Assembly (NCBI GenBank): GCA_964495705.1
Contig: CAZBWS010000007.1
Location: 688-64,687, forward strand
Reading direction: 5' to 3'
Length of the DNA: 64,000 nt
Source: an uncultured Gammaproteobacteria bacterium
GTDB lineage: Bacteria > Pseudomonadota > Gammaproteobacteria > HTCC5015
Positions 25,957-35,882 of the stretch are shown here, one piece after another; position 1 is the stretch's first letter; the number at the start of each line of letters is the position of its first letter. The notes below the pieces were generated by a model. It saw only the letters and a list, made by a program, of their open reading frames with translations. It was not told the DNA's origin and did no database searches. The position numbers and the translations under genes are program-made.

Positions 25957-28266
25957 TTATTTAATGTGCTTTTTCAATTGCCAACGCCGTTGCGCATGTC
26001 TTCTGAAGCAACTCAATCGAGATTTGGAGTATTCCAGCATTCCACAATCTGAAGTTGCAGCCTTATTTACACTTGCATCCCTATACCTCTGCAGAACCTT
26101 GGCATGGGGGTGTCCGAAGCGACTTCGATAGCCTGCGGAGAAAATAACCCAGTCAGGATTAACGGCTTGTATAAAGTTCGTGCTAGATGAGCTATTACTG
26201 CCATGATGAGGGGCCAGTAATATATCCGACTGTAAGCTGGCACTATTATCGACAAGCCACTCCTCTACGGCTTTTTCTATATCCCCCGTTAGTAAAACAG
26301 ACTGGTTTGCCGACGAAATGCGCAACACACAGGAACGATTGTTGTGTGTTGGCCTTATTTTTGTATGCCCAGGTAATTTAGAAATGGGCCAGAGCATATC
26401 AAAATTAACACCATCCCATTGCCACGAGCTGCCTCGGTGACATTGTTTCGCATTTAAACTGGTAAATACGCGTTCTGGTTCGCCACTGATTACACTGTAA
26501 ATATCGACACTCTCAATCAAATGTGCCAGTCCCCCAAGATGATCTTTGTCGCCATGAGAAAGTATTAATTTATCAATTTTATTAATATGCTGGTTTTTTA
26601 GATAAGGCAGTACAGCGGCTTGAACCGTATTGAATCCAGAGGGAAATTCGGGCCCAGTATCAAATAGCAATGAATGATTCTGAGTTTGTAAAAGTACCGA
26701 TAACCCCTGACCAACGTCGATAACTGCAAGTTTAAAATCACCTTTTTCTAACACCTGCTTGGCAGGTATTAAAGCTATTATGACAAGTATAGCCATCATC
26801 ATTTTTAAGTACTTAGCTGTGCCTCTCGGCCAGAGGACTATAAGCATCAATAGTTGTAGTAATACAACTTGTTCAATGCTCAGTTGCCAGCTAATTGGGC
26901 TCGCCCAGGTGGCGGCATTAAATGCTTCAAGGAAGCTTAAAATACCTCGATATATTTCATCAATAAAACTGAGTATCCATACATTAGAAGTCGGCATGAG
27001 AATTTCTAATAAGCTTGCAAACAAGCATAAAGGCAATAAGACAACACTTACTAGGGGTATAAGCACCATATTTGCTACGGCCCCTAGTGTTGCTGAGCTG
27101 CCAAAGTAATATTGTAGAATAGGCCATAGTAGTACAGGTAATAGCAATTGAATTAAAAACACCTTCTTTGCCTTAGGTAGATAGGCTGGGAGTACATGTA
27201 AAATATAGGCTATCCAAGCCACTGCCAGAAATGACAGAAACAAGCCTGCCCCTAACACAGCGGCAGGCTGAACCAATAGAATAAGTACTAATGCGATAGT
27301 AAAACTCTGTATTGAAAGCATGCGTTTACCCAGTGCGCATGCTAGATAAGCGACCGACAACATGATTAAGGCACGCTGTGTAGAAAGAGATAGCCCCGCC
27401 AGTATTGAATAGGCAGTGCAACCTAACCAAGAGCAAGCTAAATAGACTTTCAAAGGTGTGCGCCTGTATATGGCTATGCTGAGAAAGCGAGGTAGGAAAG
27501 TGGCATGCAAGAGAATAAATACTAGCGTTTTAGCTAAAAAGTAGAAAACTCCAGCTAACATGCCAATATGTAGCCCAGAGATAGCAAACAAATGAGCTGT
27601 TCCGCTATCAATAAATAGTTGGCGTTGGGCATAGCTTAAGCCATGTTTCTCTCCGAGCACCAGTGCAGCAACCAGGCTGCCTGCATCACCTGGATATGAC
27701 TGCAAGGAGTCCCATAGTCTTTGGCGAATATTTAAGCCCAAAGGGCTATATAGCCTATCCGCATGACGAATATAGCCTCGCCCATGCAAGTTGCGAGACA
27801 ACATCCATTTTTCATGGTCAAAGCCACCTGGGTTGGCATAGCCGTGAGGTCTTTTTAAGCGCACGGTAAATAGCCATACCTCACCTACTTTGGGGCTTAC
27901 TGCGTCATCGTACCAATTGAGCTGTAGTGATTTTATGTTTGCAATGGGTTGACTGTTTTTTACATCAACGATTAAGCGCCAACCCTTGTGTCGCTTTACC
28001 GGAATTTCAGCGATTCTGGCCTTAATTGAAAGGTCTTTACCCTCTAGCTCAAGGGGGAGTAAATGATGGTAATAATCGTTTAAATAATTCCCCCCCCATA
28101 AAAAACCAATAAGTATCATCAACACAATAAAATAGTTTGATAGACATCGTTTAGAGAATAAGTAAACGCTAGCTATAAAGGCAAATAGAGAGACTAACAA
28201 GCTAGGCTCCGGCCAGTAAAATGCCGACAATATACCCAGAATAAATGCCGTAGATGCTATGAGCAT
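25957..28266 (-). CDS. comEC: DNA internalization competence protein ComEC/Rec2
   Basis: It has a polytopic competence domain (LFIDSGTAHLFAISGLHIGM). The C-terminal metallo-beta-lactamase domain carries LILSHGDKDHLGG and APHHGS. I chose Met18 (28266) as the start so it does not overlap the divergent gene; the track ORF extends to 28317. Confidence 0.9.
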   Translation of the reverse strand: MLIASTAFILGILSAFYWPEPSLLVSLFAFIASVYLFSKRCLSNYFIVLMILIGFLWGGNYLNDYYHHLLPLELEGKDLSIKARIAEIPVKRHKGWRLIVDVKNSQPIANIKSLQLNWYDDAVSPKVGEVWLFTVRLKRPHGYANPGGFDHEKWMLSRNLHGRGYIRHADRLYSPLGLNIRQRLWDSLQSYPGDAGSLVAALVLGEKHGLSYAQRQLFIDSGTAHLFAISGLHIGMLAGVFYFLAKTLVFILLHATFLPRFLSIAIYRRTPLKVYLACSWLGCTAYSILAGLSLSTQRALIMLSVAYLACALGKRMLSIQSFTIALVLILLVQPAAVLGAGLFLSFLAVAWIAYILHVLPAYLPKAKKVFLIQLLLPVLLWPILQYYFGSSATLGAVANMVLIPLVSVVLLPLCLFASLLEILMPTSNVWILSFIDEIYRGILSFLEAFNAATWASPISWQLSIEQVVLLQLLMLIVLWPRGTAKYLKMMMAILVIIALIPAKQVLEKGDFKLAVIDVGQGLSVLLQTQNHSLLFDTGPEFPSGFNTVQAAVLPYLKNQHINKIDKLILSHGDKDHLGGLAHLIESVDIYSVISGEPERVFTSLNAKQCHRGSSWQWDGVNFDMLWPISKLPGHTKIRPTHNNRSCVLRISSANQSVLLTGDIEKAVEEWLVDNSASLQSDILLAPHHGSNSSSSTNFIQAVNPDWVIFSAGYRSRFGHPHAKVLQRYRDASVNKAATSDCGMLEYSKSRLSCFRRHAQRRWQLKKHIK

Positions 28267-28310
28267 GCGGTATTGTCCTTTATAATTCTGTGACTTACAG
28301 CGGTCACTCC

Positions 28311-28883
28311 ATGTCACTAAAGCATAGACTACAAAAACTACTCCCTTCTCCAGAGTCTTTTAAGCAAGATAAACGCTTAAAAATACTGGGGGACTGGTTA
28401 CATGACCCAAACATTTGGCATATCAATCGTCGTTCGGTATCAGGGGCTTTTGGTATTGGCTTTGCGGCTGCATGGTGCCCCTTTCCGATACAAATGTTTT
28501 TAGCGGCTGCTCTGGCCATCTACTTTCGTAAAAACCTACCCGTAGCCGCATTTACAACCTGGATTACCAACCCAATTACCGTTCCCCCCATGTTCTATTT
28601 TGCTTATTGGGTCGGCACCCTAATACTGGGTATTCAGCCCATCAGCTTGATGGACTTAGACATACAACTATCTCTAGATTGGTTTTTTACTCAGCTAGGG
28701 GCTAGCTGGAGACCCTTTTTCTTAGGTTGCGCTGTACTTTCTATGGTCTCAGGAACACTGGGGTATTTGGCCATGCAATTGCTTTGGCGCTACCATGTAT
28801 TGACAAAGATTAAGCAACGTAAACAGCGAATGATCAATCGTATACGACACACCCCTCCTATGGACGATCAAAACACTGACTGA
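28311..28883 (+). CDS. DUF2062-family membrane protein
   Basis: It has the conserved pattern ...NIWHINRRSVSGAFGIGFAAAWCPFPIQMFLAAALAIYFRKNLPVAAFTTWITNPITVPPMFYFAYWVG. It is divergent from comEC, as in Pseudomonas. The track ORF starts at 28290. Confidence 0.75.
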   Translation: MSLKHRLQKLLPSPESFKQDKRLKILGDWLHDPNIWHINRRSVSGAFGIGFAAAWCPFPIQMFLAAALAIYFRKNLPVAAFTTWITNPITVPPMFYFAYWVGTLILGIQPISLMDLDIQLSLDWFFTQLGASWRPFFLGCAVLSMVSGTLGYLAMQLLWRYHVLTKIKQRKQRMINRIRHTPPMDDQNTD

Positions 28884-28888
28884 AAATC

Positions 28889-29557
28889 ATGAGTAGTATC
28901 GACGTTCTTTTTCACCGTGACTTTATATTCGCTATGCTATGTCATAGCTTTATTGCACCCAGCTTGATCGTGGCTGTGTTTTGGTTGCTAGATAAGGCTA
29001 ATCAGAGTGCTCGCGGGTCAAGTTGGGTTACTGAACTCAACAACTGGACCACTCAGCACATATGGCTACCTCTAGCGAGAATTATAGCCATACTTTTATT
29101 TGTTACTATGGCCCACCCTATCCTCTTCGGTATAGATTCAGCTAGCTCAATACCAGTACTCTTAGATTCACACCGCATTAACACCTTAATTAATGTATTG
29201 TTTTTACTCAGTATCTTTCTCCCACTCTTACCTATAGTGGGAAAAATGCACTCTTTGATCCTGCCTGTACAAAGCCTAGCGGCTGCTCAACTACTGTTTA
29301 GCTGGATGAATCAACGCGATTATCAATTGGATATTACTTTTTTACCCAGCTTCAATACATTAATGTTGCTCAGCAGCCTGATTATTGCCAGCCACTTTAT
29401 CGGTCAGTATACAGCCCGTTATATTGGGCGACTTTTAGATGAAAATTTTAATGTAGAGGGTAGTACAGACTTGATTTTTCAATCAGTGTTACTACTTCTA
29501 CAAGGGCCATTACTACTGGTTTATACCGTAGGGCTTGGCTCACAGCTTACTCATTAA
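28889..29557 (+). CDS. Hypothetical polytopic inner-membrane protein
   Basis: 222 aa with about 6 hydrophobic helices. It lies 5 nt after the DUF2062 gene. I recognise no motif. Confidence 0.5.
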   Translation: MSSIDVLFHRDFIFAMLCHSFIAPSLIVAVFWLLDKANQSARGSSWVTELNNWTTQHIWLPLARIIAILLFVTMAHPILFGIDSASSIPVLLDSHRINTLINVLFLLSIFLPLLPIVGKMHSLILPVQSLAAAQLLFSWMNQRDYQLDITFLPSFNTLMLLSSLIIASHFIGQYTARYIGRLLDENFNVEGSTDLIFQSVLLLLQGPLLLVYTVGLGSQLTH

Positions 29558-29572
29558 TACGCATAGGAAAAC

Positions 29573-30097
29573 ATGTTAAAGAATATTGAAAAAGGCTTAG
29601 AGGCCACGATTTTTAAAAGCCGTTGGCTATTGGCGCCCTTTTATTTAGGGCTGATATTCAGCATTATTTTGCTATTTATTAAATTTGTCCAAGAGTTTTG
29701 GCACATTGCCAGCCATATTGTCACCGCTTCTGAAAGTGATGTGATTATTGGTATTCTTGCTCTAGTAGATATGTCTTTAGTGGGCAGTTTATTGCTAATG
29801 ATCATATTCAGTGGCTATGAAATTTTTGTCTCAAAAATCGATATAGCTGACCATGAAGACCGTCCTGGCTGGATGGGTAAAGTAGATTTCTCTGGACTAA
29901 AGCTCAAAGTAATTGGAGCAATTGTTGCCATCTCTGCTATCGACCTTCTCAAAGCCTTTATGAATATGCCAGCCGAGCTCAGCGCTGAAAACGAAAGCAC
30001 CCTATACTGGAAGGTCTGTATTCACATGGCCTTTGTTTTTTCAGGGGTGTTATTTGCTGTGATGGACAAAATTGCTGGGGATACGGTTAAGCACTAG
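29573..30097 (+). CDS. yqhA: YqhA/UPF0114-family membrane protein
   Basis: The N-terminal ...IFKSRWLLAPFYLGL... signature and a 4-TM layout of about 170 aa are typical of YqhA. Confidence 0.8.
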   Translation: MLKNIEKGLEATIFKSRWLLAPFYLGLIFSIILLFIKFVQEFWHIASHIVTASESDVIIGILALVDMSLVGSLLLMIIFSGYEIFVSKIDIADHEDRPGWMGKVDFSGLKLKVIGAIVAISAIDLLKAFMNMPAELSAENESTLYWKVCIHMAFVFSGVLFAVMDKIAGDTVKH

Positions 30098-30121
30098 AGC
30101 TGGCACTTAATCGGTACAATG

Positions 30122-30158
30122 AATGCGGATAGCCTCTCAGAGGCTATCCGCATTTTTT
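30122..30158. terminator. Bidirectional terminator built from an inverted pair of the ATGCGGATAGCC word
   Basis: AATGCGGATAGCCTCT-cag-AGGCTATCCGCATTTTTT. It lies between convergent yqhA and the methyltransferase gene, and the T-run abuts the latter's stop codon. Confidence 0.8.
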
Positions 30159-31341
30159 ATGCCTCATTCAATAAACTCTCCAAACAGTGCTCTTTAATGC
30201 CATAGTAAGTCTTGATTTCGGCAATTTGCTTCAGCACTTCAGTTTTGTGTTGTTCATCGGGCTTGGCATTCTTGACTGCTAAGATCATTTTGTTTTTATT
30301 GGTATGCTCTAAGCTAATAAATTCAAAGACTTTAGTCGTATACCCGTTAGCCTCTAAAAAAAGCGCACGTAAAGAGTCAGTGACCATCTCTGCCTGTTGC
30401 CCCATGTGGACACCATATTGCAGCATAGGCTGAAACAGTTCTGGACTTTGCATTTGTGGGCGTATTTGCTTATGACAGCAAGGTGAACACATGATGATGC
30501 CCGCCTCTGCCTGTATGCCGTAGTTAATGGCATAGTCAGTGGCTACGTCACAGGCATGTAGAGCGATCATTACGTCGGTCTGTTTGGGGGCATGAGTTTT
30601 CACGTCCCCGCAGACAAACTCTAAGCCTTGATGGTCCAACGCCGCCTTATTACATAGATCAGCCAGATTTTGGCGCAGCTCGACACCCGTCACCTGAGCT
30701 TTATTGCCCATGCTGTGACTGAGATAATCGTGTACCGCAAAGGTCAAATAGCCTTTCCCCGAGCCAAAATCAACGACTTTCACCGGCTTCTCTTTATCGA
30801 TGGGGGAAACATTCAGTGCTTGACTGAATACCTCGACAAACTTATTAATCTGCTTCCATTTGCGCGACATTGCTGGAATAACATTGTGTTGCTTATCCGT
30901 TACACCCAGCTGAATCAAGAAAGGACGGCTTACATCAACAAAGCGATACTTTTCTCTATTGTGGTCACGATTGTATTTAGTATCGGCCGCAGCTTTACTA
31001 TTATGCAGGCTGATATTGATCTTGCCTTTCTTACTAATATCAACCTGTATACCTGAGTCAAGTAAGCTTAGATGTGCACTTTTGAAGTCACTGCCAAGCA
31101 ATGACTGGATCAGTTCCACACTGGCTCTGTAGTCATGATTTTTAGTAATGTGATTGGTTTGGTGCTCGTATACAAAAGATAACTGGGGATTACCCTGTAA
31201 AGTAACTGGGCGAATACTAATACGACGCAGGCTCTTATCTTCCCCACGATGCTTGCTGAGTAACAAGGTTTTTAGGTTGTTATTATTTAAAGCTTCTGTG
31301 AGCTTACTATAGAAGTATTCTAAGTTATTAGTGTTAGTCAT
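30157..31341 (-). CDS. Class I SAM-dependent methyltransferase with N-terminal extra domain
   Basis: Motif I is VVDFGSGKGYLTF. Further downstream are VELRQNL, GDV and ALHACDVATDYAI, which resembles Methyltransf_32-type proteins. The gene lies 25 bp downstream of lolD on the same strand. Confidence 0.75.
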   Translation of the reverse strand: MTNTNNLEYFYSKLTEALNNNNLKTLLLSKHRGEDKSLRRISIRPVTLQGNPQLSFVYEHQTNHITKNHDYRASVELIQSLLGSDFKSAHLSLLDSGIQVDISKKGKINISLHNSKAAADTKYNRDHNREKYRFVDVSRPFLIQLGVTDKQHNVIPAMSRKWKQINKFVEVFSQALNVSPIDKEKPVKVVDFGSGKGYLTFAVHDYLSHSMGNKAQVTGVELRQNLADLCNKAALDHQGLEFVCGDVKTHAPKQTDVMIALHACDVATDYAINYGIQAEAGIIMCSPCCHKQIRPQMQSPELFQPMLQYGVHMGQQAEMVTDSLRALFLEANGYTTKVFEFISLEHTNKNKMILAVKNAKPDEQHKTEVLKQIAEIKTYYGIKEHCLESLLNEA

Positions 31342-31366
31342 GGTTATTTAATAGATAGCTTATGAA

Positions 31367-32056
31367 TTAAACGACAGAATGTTGCTCTGACAGCACTCCG
31401 CTATCCATTCGTAAAACGCTATCCATTTTCTTCGCCAGTACCGTGTCGTGAGTCACAATAATAAAACTCGTTTGCAGCTCTTGCTTTAACTTCAATAGAA
31501 TATCAAACACCTGTTCTGCGGTTTCTGAATCTAAATTCCCTGTTGGCTCATCAGCCAACACACAGGCCGGTTTAGTCACTAGTGCTCGAGCAATGGCAGC
31601 GCGTTGGCGCTCTCCACCAGACAACTCGCCAGGCTTATGTTCTAAGCGATGGCCTAGACCAACCTGTTCGAGCATTATGGTTGCCTGGTCTCTGGCCTGT
31701 GCGGGTTTGGTGCCTCGTATCAATAAGGGCATGGCAACATTTTCTACCGCGGTAAATTCCGCTAATAAGTGATGAAACTGATAAACAAAGCCTAGGTGTT
31801 GATTGCGCAGCTCTCCACTTTTGATAGCACTAAGTTTATGTATTTCTTGCCCCATGACTTTTACTTGGCCTTCAGTCGGTGAATCTAGGCCGCCAAGTAT
31901 TTGTAATAGTGTTGATTTGCCCGAGCCAGAGGCTCCCACAATTGCCAAGCTCTGGCCAGCATCTAAACGTAAATTCACGCCCTTTAATACATGGGTTTCT
32001 ACACCGTCTTGATAGTCTTTAAATAGTTCTGTGCACTCAATTACCGCATTATTCAT
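31367..32056 (-). CDS. lolD: Lipoprotein-releasing system ATP-binding protein
   Basis: ABC motifs are [17 protein letters not shown] and [10 protein letters not shown]. The start at Met32 (32056) gives an ATGAATAA overlap with the lolC stop. The track ORF's 31-aa extension looks spurious. Confidence 0.9.
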   Translation of the reverse strand: MNNAVIECTELFKDYQDGVETHVLKGVNLRLDAGQSLAIVGASGSGKSTLLQILGGLDSPTEGQVKVMGQEIHKLSAIKSGELRNQHLGFVYQFHHLLAEFTAVENVAMPLLIRGTKPAQARDQATIMLEQVGLGHRLEHKPGELSGGERQRAAIARALVTKPACVLADEPTGNLDSETAEQVFDILLKLKQELQTSFIIVTHDTVLAKKMDSVLRMDSGVLSEQHSVV

Positions 32057-33299
32057 AGCGTAGCGCCTCCGCAGGCTGTACTTGTGCGGCACGCCAAGCG
32101 GGGTAGATGGTGGCCAAGATGGAAACAATGAAGGCAAATAAGCCAGCAACTAATACATTTTCTAAGCGTAGCTCAGAGGGTAAGTCACTGATGTAATAGA
32201 CATCAGCGGCCAAAAACTTGAAGTTAAATAAAGACTCCACTGCTGAGATAGCTTGGCCTATATAGGCCCCAGAGATAGCCCCTGTGATCATGCCAATGAT
32301 AGTGCCAATCACGCCGACCATCGTGCCCTGTACCATGAAAATCTTCATAATACTGCGCGGTGATGCGCCTAGCGTACGCAGGATAGCGATATCTGCCTGC
32401 TTATCCGTGACCACCATAATTAAGGTTGAAATAATATTGAAAGCAGCCACTGCAACGATCAAGGTAAGAATTATAAACATTACCATACGTTCAGTTTTGA
32501 TGGCGCTAAAGAAGTTTGCATGGCGGCGTGTCCAGTCATCTACCCAATAAGCCTCACCCAGCGTATCCGCAACCTCTTGTGCCGTCTGTCTAGCATTAAA
32601 CATATCGGTCAGTTTTAAGCGTACACCCGTCACACTGCCCTTGGGCATGCGAAATAATTTGGCGGCATCAACGCTGTGCATAAACACTAAGGCGCTGTCA
32701 TATTCATGCATGCCCAGCTCAAATACACCACTTACTGTGAATGTTTTTAAGCGAGGAATAAAGCCCGCTGCAGTAATATTAGTTTGCGGGGTAATTACAG
32801 TGACTTTGTCCCCTAAACCCAAGCGCAATGCATAGGCCAGTTCTTTACCTAGAATAATATTCCAGTCCCCAGCCTGTAAACTATTAATACGCCCGGCGAC
32901 CATTTTATCCTCAACATCAGCCACCTCCCCTTCATACTGAGGCAGTATACCGCGAGAGATTGCACCACTTACCTTACCGCCACTGCTAAGCATTAACTGG
33001 CCTTCTACATAGGGGGCAGCACCAAGGACGTCTTTATGACCTTTTACTTGCTCTAATACGCTATCCCAGTCTTGTAGTACGCCGCTATAATCTGAAATTG
33101 TAGCGTGGGAGGCCATGCCTAAAATACGGTTGCGTAACTCTGATTCAAAACCGTTCATCACAGAAATGATGGTTATCAAGGCCCAAACACCTATAGCAAT
33201 ACCAAAAATGGAGATTAAGGAAATAAAGGAAATGAAATTATTGCGGCGCTTAGCACGTGTATAGCGTAGGCCGATGAAAAATTCGTAGGGTTGAAACAT
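32049..33299 (-). CDS. lolC: Lipoprotein-releasing system permease, LolC/LolE family
   Basis: 416 aa. It has the MacB-like FtsX fold, with N-terminus [33 protein letters not shown], a large periplasmic loop, and C-terminal FtsX helices ending ...PAEALRYE. Confidence 0.9.
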   Translation of the reverse strand: MFQPYEFFIGLRYTRAKRRNNFISFISLISIFGIAIGVWALITIISVMNGFESELRNRILGMASHATISDYSGVLQDWDSVLEQVKGHKDVLGAAPYVEGQLMLSSGGKVSGAISRGILPQYEGEVADVEDKMVAGRINSLQAGDWNIILGKELAYALRLGLGDKVTVITPQTNITAAGFIPRLKTFTVSGVFELGMHEYDSALVFMHSVDAAKLFRMPKGSVTGVRLKLTDMFNARQTAQEVADTLGEAYWVDDWTRRHANFFSAIKTERMVMFIILTLIVAVAAFNIISTLIMVVTDKQADIAILRTLGASPRSIMKIFMVQGTMVGVIGTIIGMITGAISGAYIGQAISAVESLFNFKFLAADVYYISDLPSELRLENVLVAGLFAFIVSILATIYPAWRAAQVQPAEALRYE

Positions 33300-33530
33300 A
33301 AAATGCTTTTAAGCCATATATAGAGTGATGCGGATTAAAACATAGAACAGAACAATAAACACGGGTATTAAAGGGATTAATGCTGAGTAATAAAACTAAT
33401 ATATTCTTCTTCAACATAAAAAATGGCGTGTATCCCCAGGCTTGCAATATCTTGCTAAGTGCCATTATTAAATTGTTGTTTTTAGCCTTTTATACAATAT
33501 CTTCTAATGGCCCCTCTATCGCGCTCGCAA

Positions 33531-34220
33531 CTAGCAACGGACTTGTTTAATAATGCGGATATGCTCAAAACTTACTTCGCAGGTAAATGCATACACTTCA
33601 ACGCCCTTATTTTTAGCCTGTACCAGTATATCCGCATACTCAGCATCAAACTCAGGGGCCGTGCGCAGCTGATGTATATCGTCACGCTGTATACAAAACA
33701 ACATAGCTACGCGGTGCCCCTGCTGCTTCAATGTCATTAATTCCTGTAGGTGTTTGCGCCCACGTTGAGTTTTAGCATCGGGGAACAGTGCCACACCAGG
33801 CTCGCTGCTCGCGGTCACACTTTTCACTTCGACATAACAATCAAGACCGCCTCCAGTGAACAAAAAGTCTAAACGACTATTGCCTACCTTAACTTCTCGC
33901 TGGCAATATAAGTATTCATCAAAGGGACTTAATAAGCCAGCTTGCCAAGCTTCTTCAACTAAATCATTCGCACGCGCTGAATATATACCTACAAGATTAG
34001 TCTGATCACTGGCCAGCTCCCAGCTATAGTCTAATTTACGTTTTGGAGAAGGAGCATAACGTAGCCAAACCTTACTTCCCTCGTCTTGGCAACCCAACAT
34101 TGCCCCAGTATTAGGGCAGTGGGCAGTAACGATATCGCCATTGCATAATTCAACGTCTGCTAAAAATCGTTTATAACGCCGTATAAGCTTGCCTTGGATA
34201 AGGTCTTTGTCAAATTTCAT
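33531..34220 (-). CDS. sfsA: Sugar fermentation stimulation protein homolog (DNA/RNA nuclease SfsA)
   Basis: Conserved segments are LIRRYKRFLADVEL, HCPNTGAM, SRLDF, EVKSV and FPDA.T.RG.KHL. Confidence 0.9.
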   Translation of the reverse strand: MKFDKDLIQGKLIRRYKRFLADVELCNGDIVTAHCPNTGAMLGCQDEGSKVWLRYAPSPKRKLDYSWELASDQTNLVGIYSARANDLVEEAWQAGLLSPFDEYLYCQREVKVGNSRLDFLFTGGGLDCYVEVKSVTASSEPGVALFPDAKTQRGRKHLQELMTLKQQGHRVAMLFCIQRDDIHQLRTAPEFDAEYADILVQAKNKGVEVYAFTCEVSFEHIRIIKQVRC

Positions 34221-34370
34221 GCCGTTATAATCCCAAAAAAATCAATCAACTACTATACTTTCTTAATGTAGAGTTAAACGTAGACTTAAAATGGTTAAGC
34301 TTGTTATAGTTCAACAAAATATGGCTTTGCCAATAATGATACGGTTACATCCATCTGGAGAGATGACGCT

Positions 34371-34814
34371 ATGAAAAAATTCACCGCCCCCTTAATAGCT
34401 GCAGCATTACTGACCACTCTAAGTTCAGCCCATGCAGAACTACCCAGCACGGGAACCATGTTAGACGCAGTGATTGCAGAATACGGCGAGCCAACTGACA
34501 AAACCTTGCCAATTGGCCAGCCTGCCATTACTCGCTGGATGTACGATAGCTTTACCGTCGTATTTGAGAATGATCATGTTATACACTCCTTTGCTAGGCT
34601 CAACAGGGTAGAAAACCGTGAACTGGGGGATATCCCTGAACGTCCCTATTTTGTAAGCTTGATTGACCAAACACGTAACAAGCCCGAGGTCGCCTTAAAG
34701 TCCGTTGACATCATTCAAAGTAATGTTTCAGTCCATGAAGAGAAAATGCAAATTCACGAGGCAGATACAGTAGCAGATACTATTAAGTCCCTAGAAATGG
34801 CCACACCACAATAA
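34371..34814 (+). CDS. Hypothetical secreted protein
   Basis: It has the signal peptide MKKFTAPLIAAALLTTLSSAHA and a GGAGAG RBS upstream. I recognise no family. Confidence 0.5.
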   Translation: MKKFTAPLIAAALLTTLSSAHAELPSTGTMLDAVIAEYGEPTDKTLPIGQPAITRWMYDSFTVVFENDHVIHSFARLNRVENRELGDIPERPYFVSLIDQTRNKPEVALKSVDIIQSNVSVHEEKMQIHEADTVADTIKSLEMATPQ

Positions 34815-35789
34815 GTGTCTACTGTACGCGGCATTCCCGCTCAGTGGGAATTACAGTCTGGCCTGCTTATCAGCTGGCCACATAGCATTGATGAGCTAGT
34901 TTCCATTGAATCTAGCTTAAGACAAATTATTACATCAACAGCCCCTTATCAAGCGGTAATTATCGCCTGCCACGATGCAGAGCTTATAGGTCGCCTAGCT
35001 ATCGAGTTGGGTGACATTTTCGGAGACCTTCGCTTTTTCCATGCCCCTAATGACAGTATGTGGGTACGCGACTATGGACCTATTAGCTGTCGATTAGAAG
35101 GTCGGCTGTGCTTTTATGACTTTCAGTTTAATGGCTCGGGGACTCGAGAGAATTACGAACAAAATAACCGTCTTACAGCACAGCTTGATCAGCAATGTAT
35201 ATTTCAAGCTAATCTGATCTATCAAAATTTTGTTTTAGAGGCCACAAATCTAGAGTCAGATGGTCTAGGCACCCTAATCTGTCACGGGTCAGCACTTGAA
35301 CAGAGTAACCCCGACTACAGTCGCAGCGAGATTGAGAGCTATTTATGCAAGCACTTAGATGCTCAGCAGATTATTTGGCTTGAGCAGCGTCATTTGGCCA
35401 GGTTCATTAACGCTAATACCCTAGTCTATAGCGCCTGTGATAACCCACAAGATGAACGTTACTTGCCGTATCAAGCACTGCATGCAGTGCTTGATACGCT
35501 GTGCAATGCGGAGGGCGAAGCCTATCAGTTACTAGCACTCCCCTTGCCACAGGCTATCCGCAATGCACAAGGTGAATTATTGCCGGCCAATTATTGTGAT
35601 TTTTTGATGACAGACAAGCACGTTTTTGTTCCCCAGTTTAAGGATAGTAATGACCCTGTTGCCTTGCAGTCTATCCAACAGTTATGCCCTGACCGAGAAG
35701 CTATACCTGTTGAGTCACAGGCTCTATTACATGCTCGAGGTAGCCTGCATAAAGCAAGCTTGAACCTTTTTGCTGAAATAACGTATTAG
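34815..35789 (+). CDS. Agmatine deiminase / PAD_porph-family homolog, apparently lacking the catalytic Cys
   Basis: GTG start. Family motifs are IPAQWELQSGLLISWPH, MWVRDYGPI, LESDGLGTLI and LPANYCDFLM. The family's terminal G.IHC.TQQ motif reads GSLHKASLN here, with Lys at 35751-35753 in place of Cys. The DTDGH.D region is shortened to RHLARFI. Confidence 0.7.
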   Translation: MSTVRGIPAQWELQSGLLISWPHSIDELVSIESSLRQIITSTAPYQAVIIACHDAELIGRLAIELGDIFGDLRFFHAPNDSMWVRDYGPISCRLEGRLCFYDFQFNGSGTRENYEQNNRLTAQLDQQCIFQANLIYQNFVLEATNLESDGLGTLICHGSALEQSNPDYSRSEIESYLCKHLDAQQIIWLEQRHLARFINANTLVYSACDNPQDERYLPYQALHAVLDTLCNAEGEAYQLLALPLPQAIRNAQGELLPANYCDFLMTDKHVFVPQFKDSNDPVALQSIQQLCPDREAIPVESQALLHARGSLHKASLNLFAEITY

Positions 35790-35882
35790 TTCAATATTGT
35801 AAATTTTTGTTATGGTCATTGTGTATATATATTAATGATTTTAATATTAGACTAAGTGATAAAATACTTAAGGGCTTAAAAA

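Noticed and set aside
33300-33530. The 71-aa ORF (33250-33465, minus) and the 77-aa ORF (33507-33740, plus) in and around the lolC-sfsA gap.
   Set aside because: Both overlap the real lolC or sfsA coding sequence. Their composition looks implausible for real proteins, and they have no RBS. The gap is better explained as the lolC promoter region. It does contain a one-mismatch copy of the abundant word at 33328.
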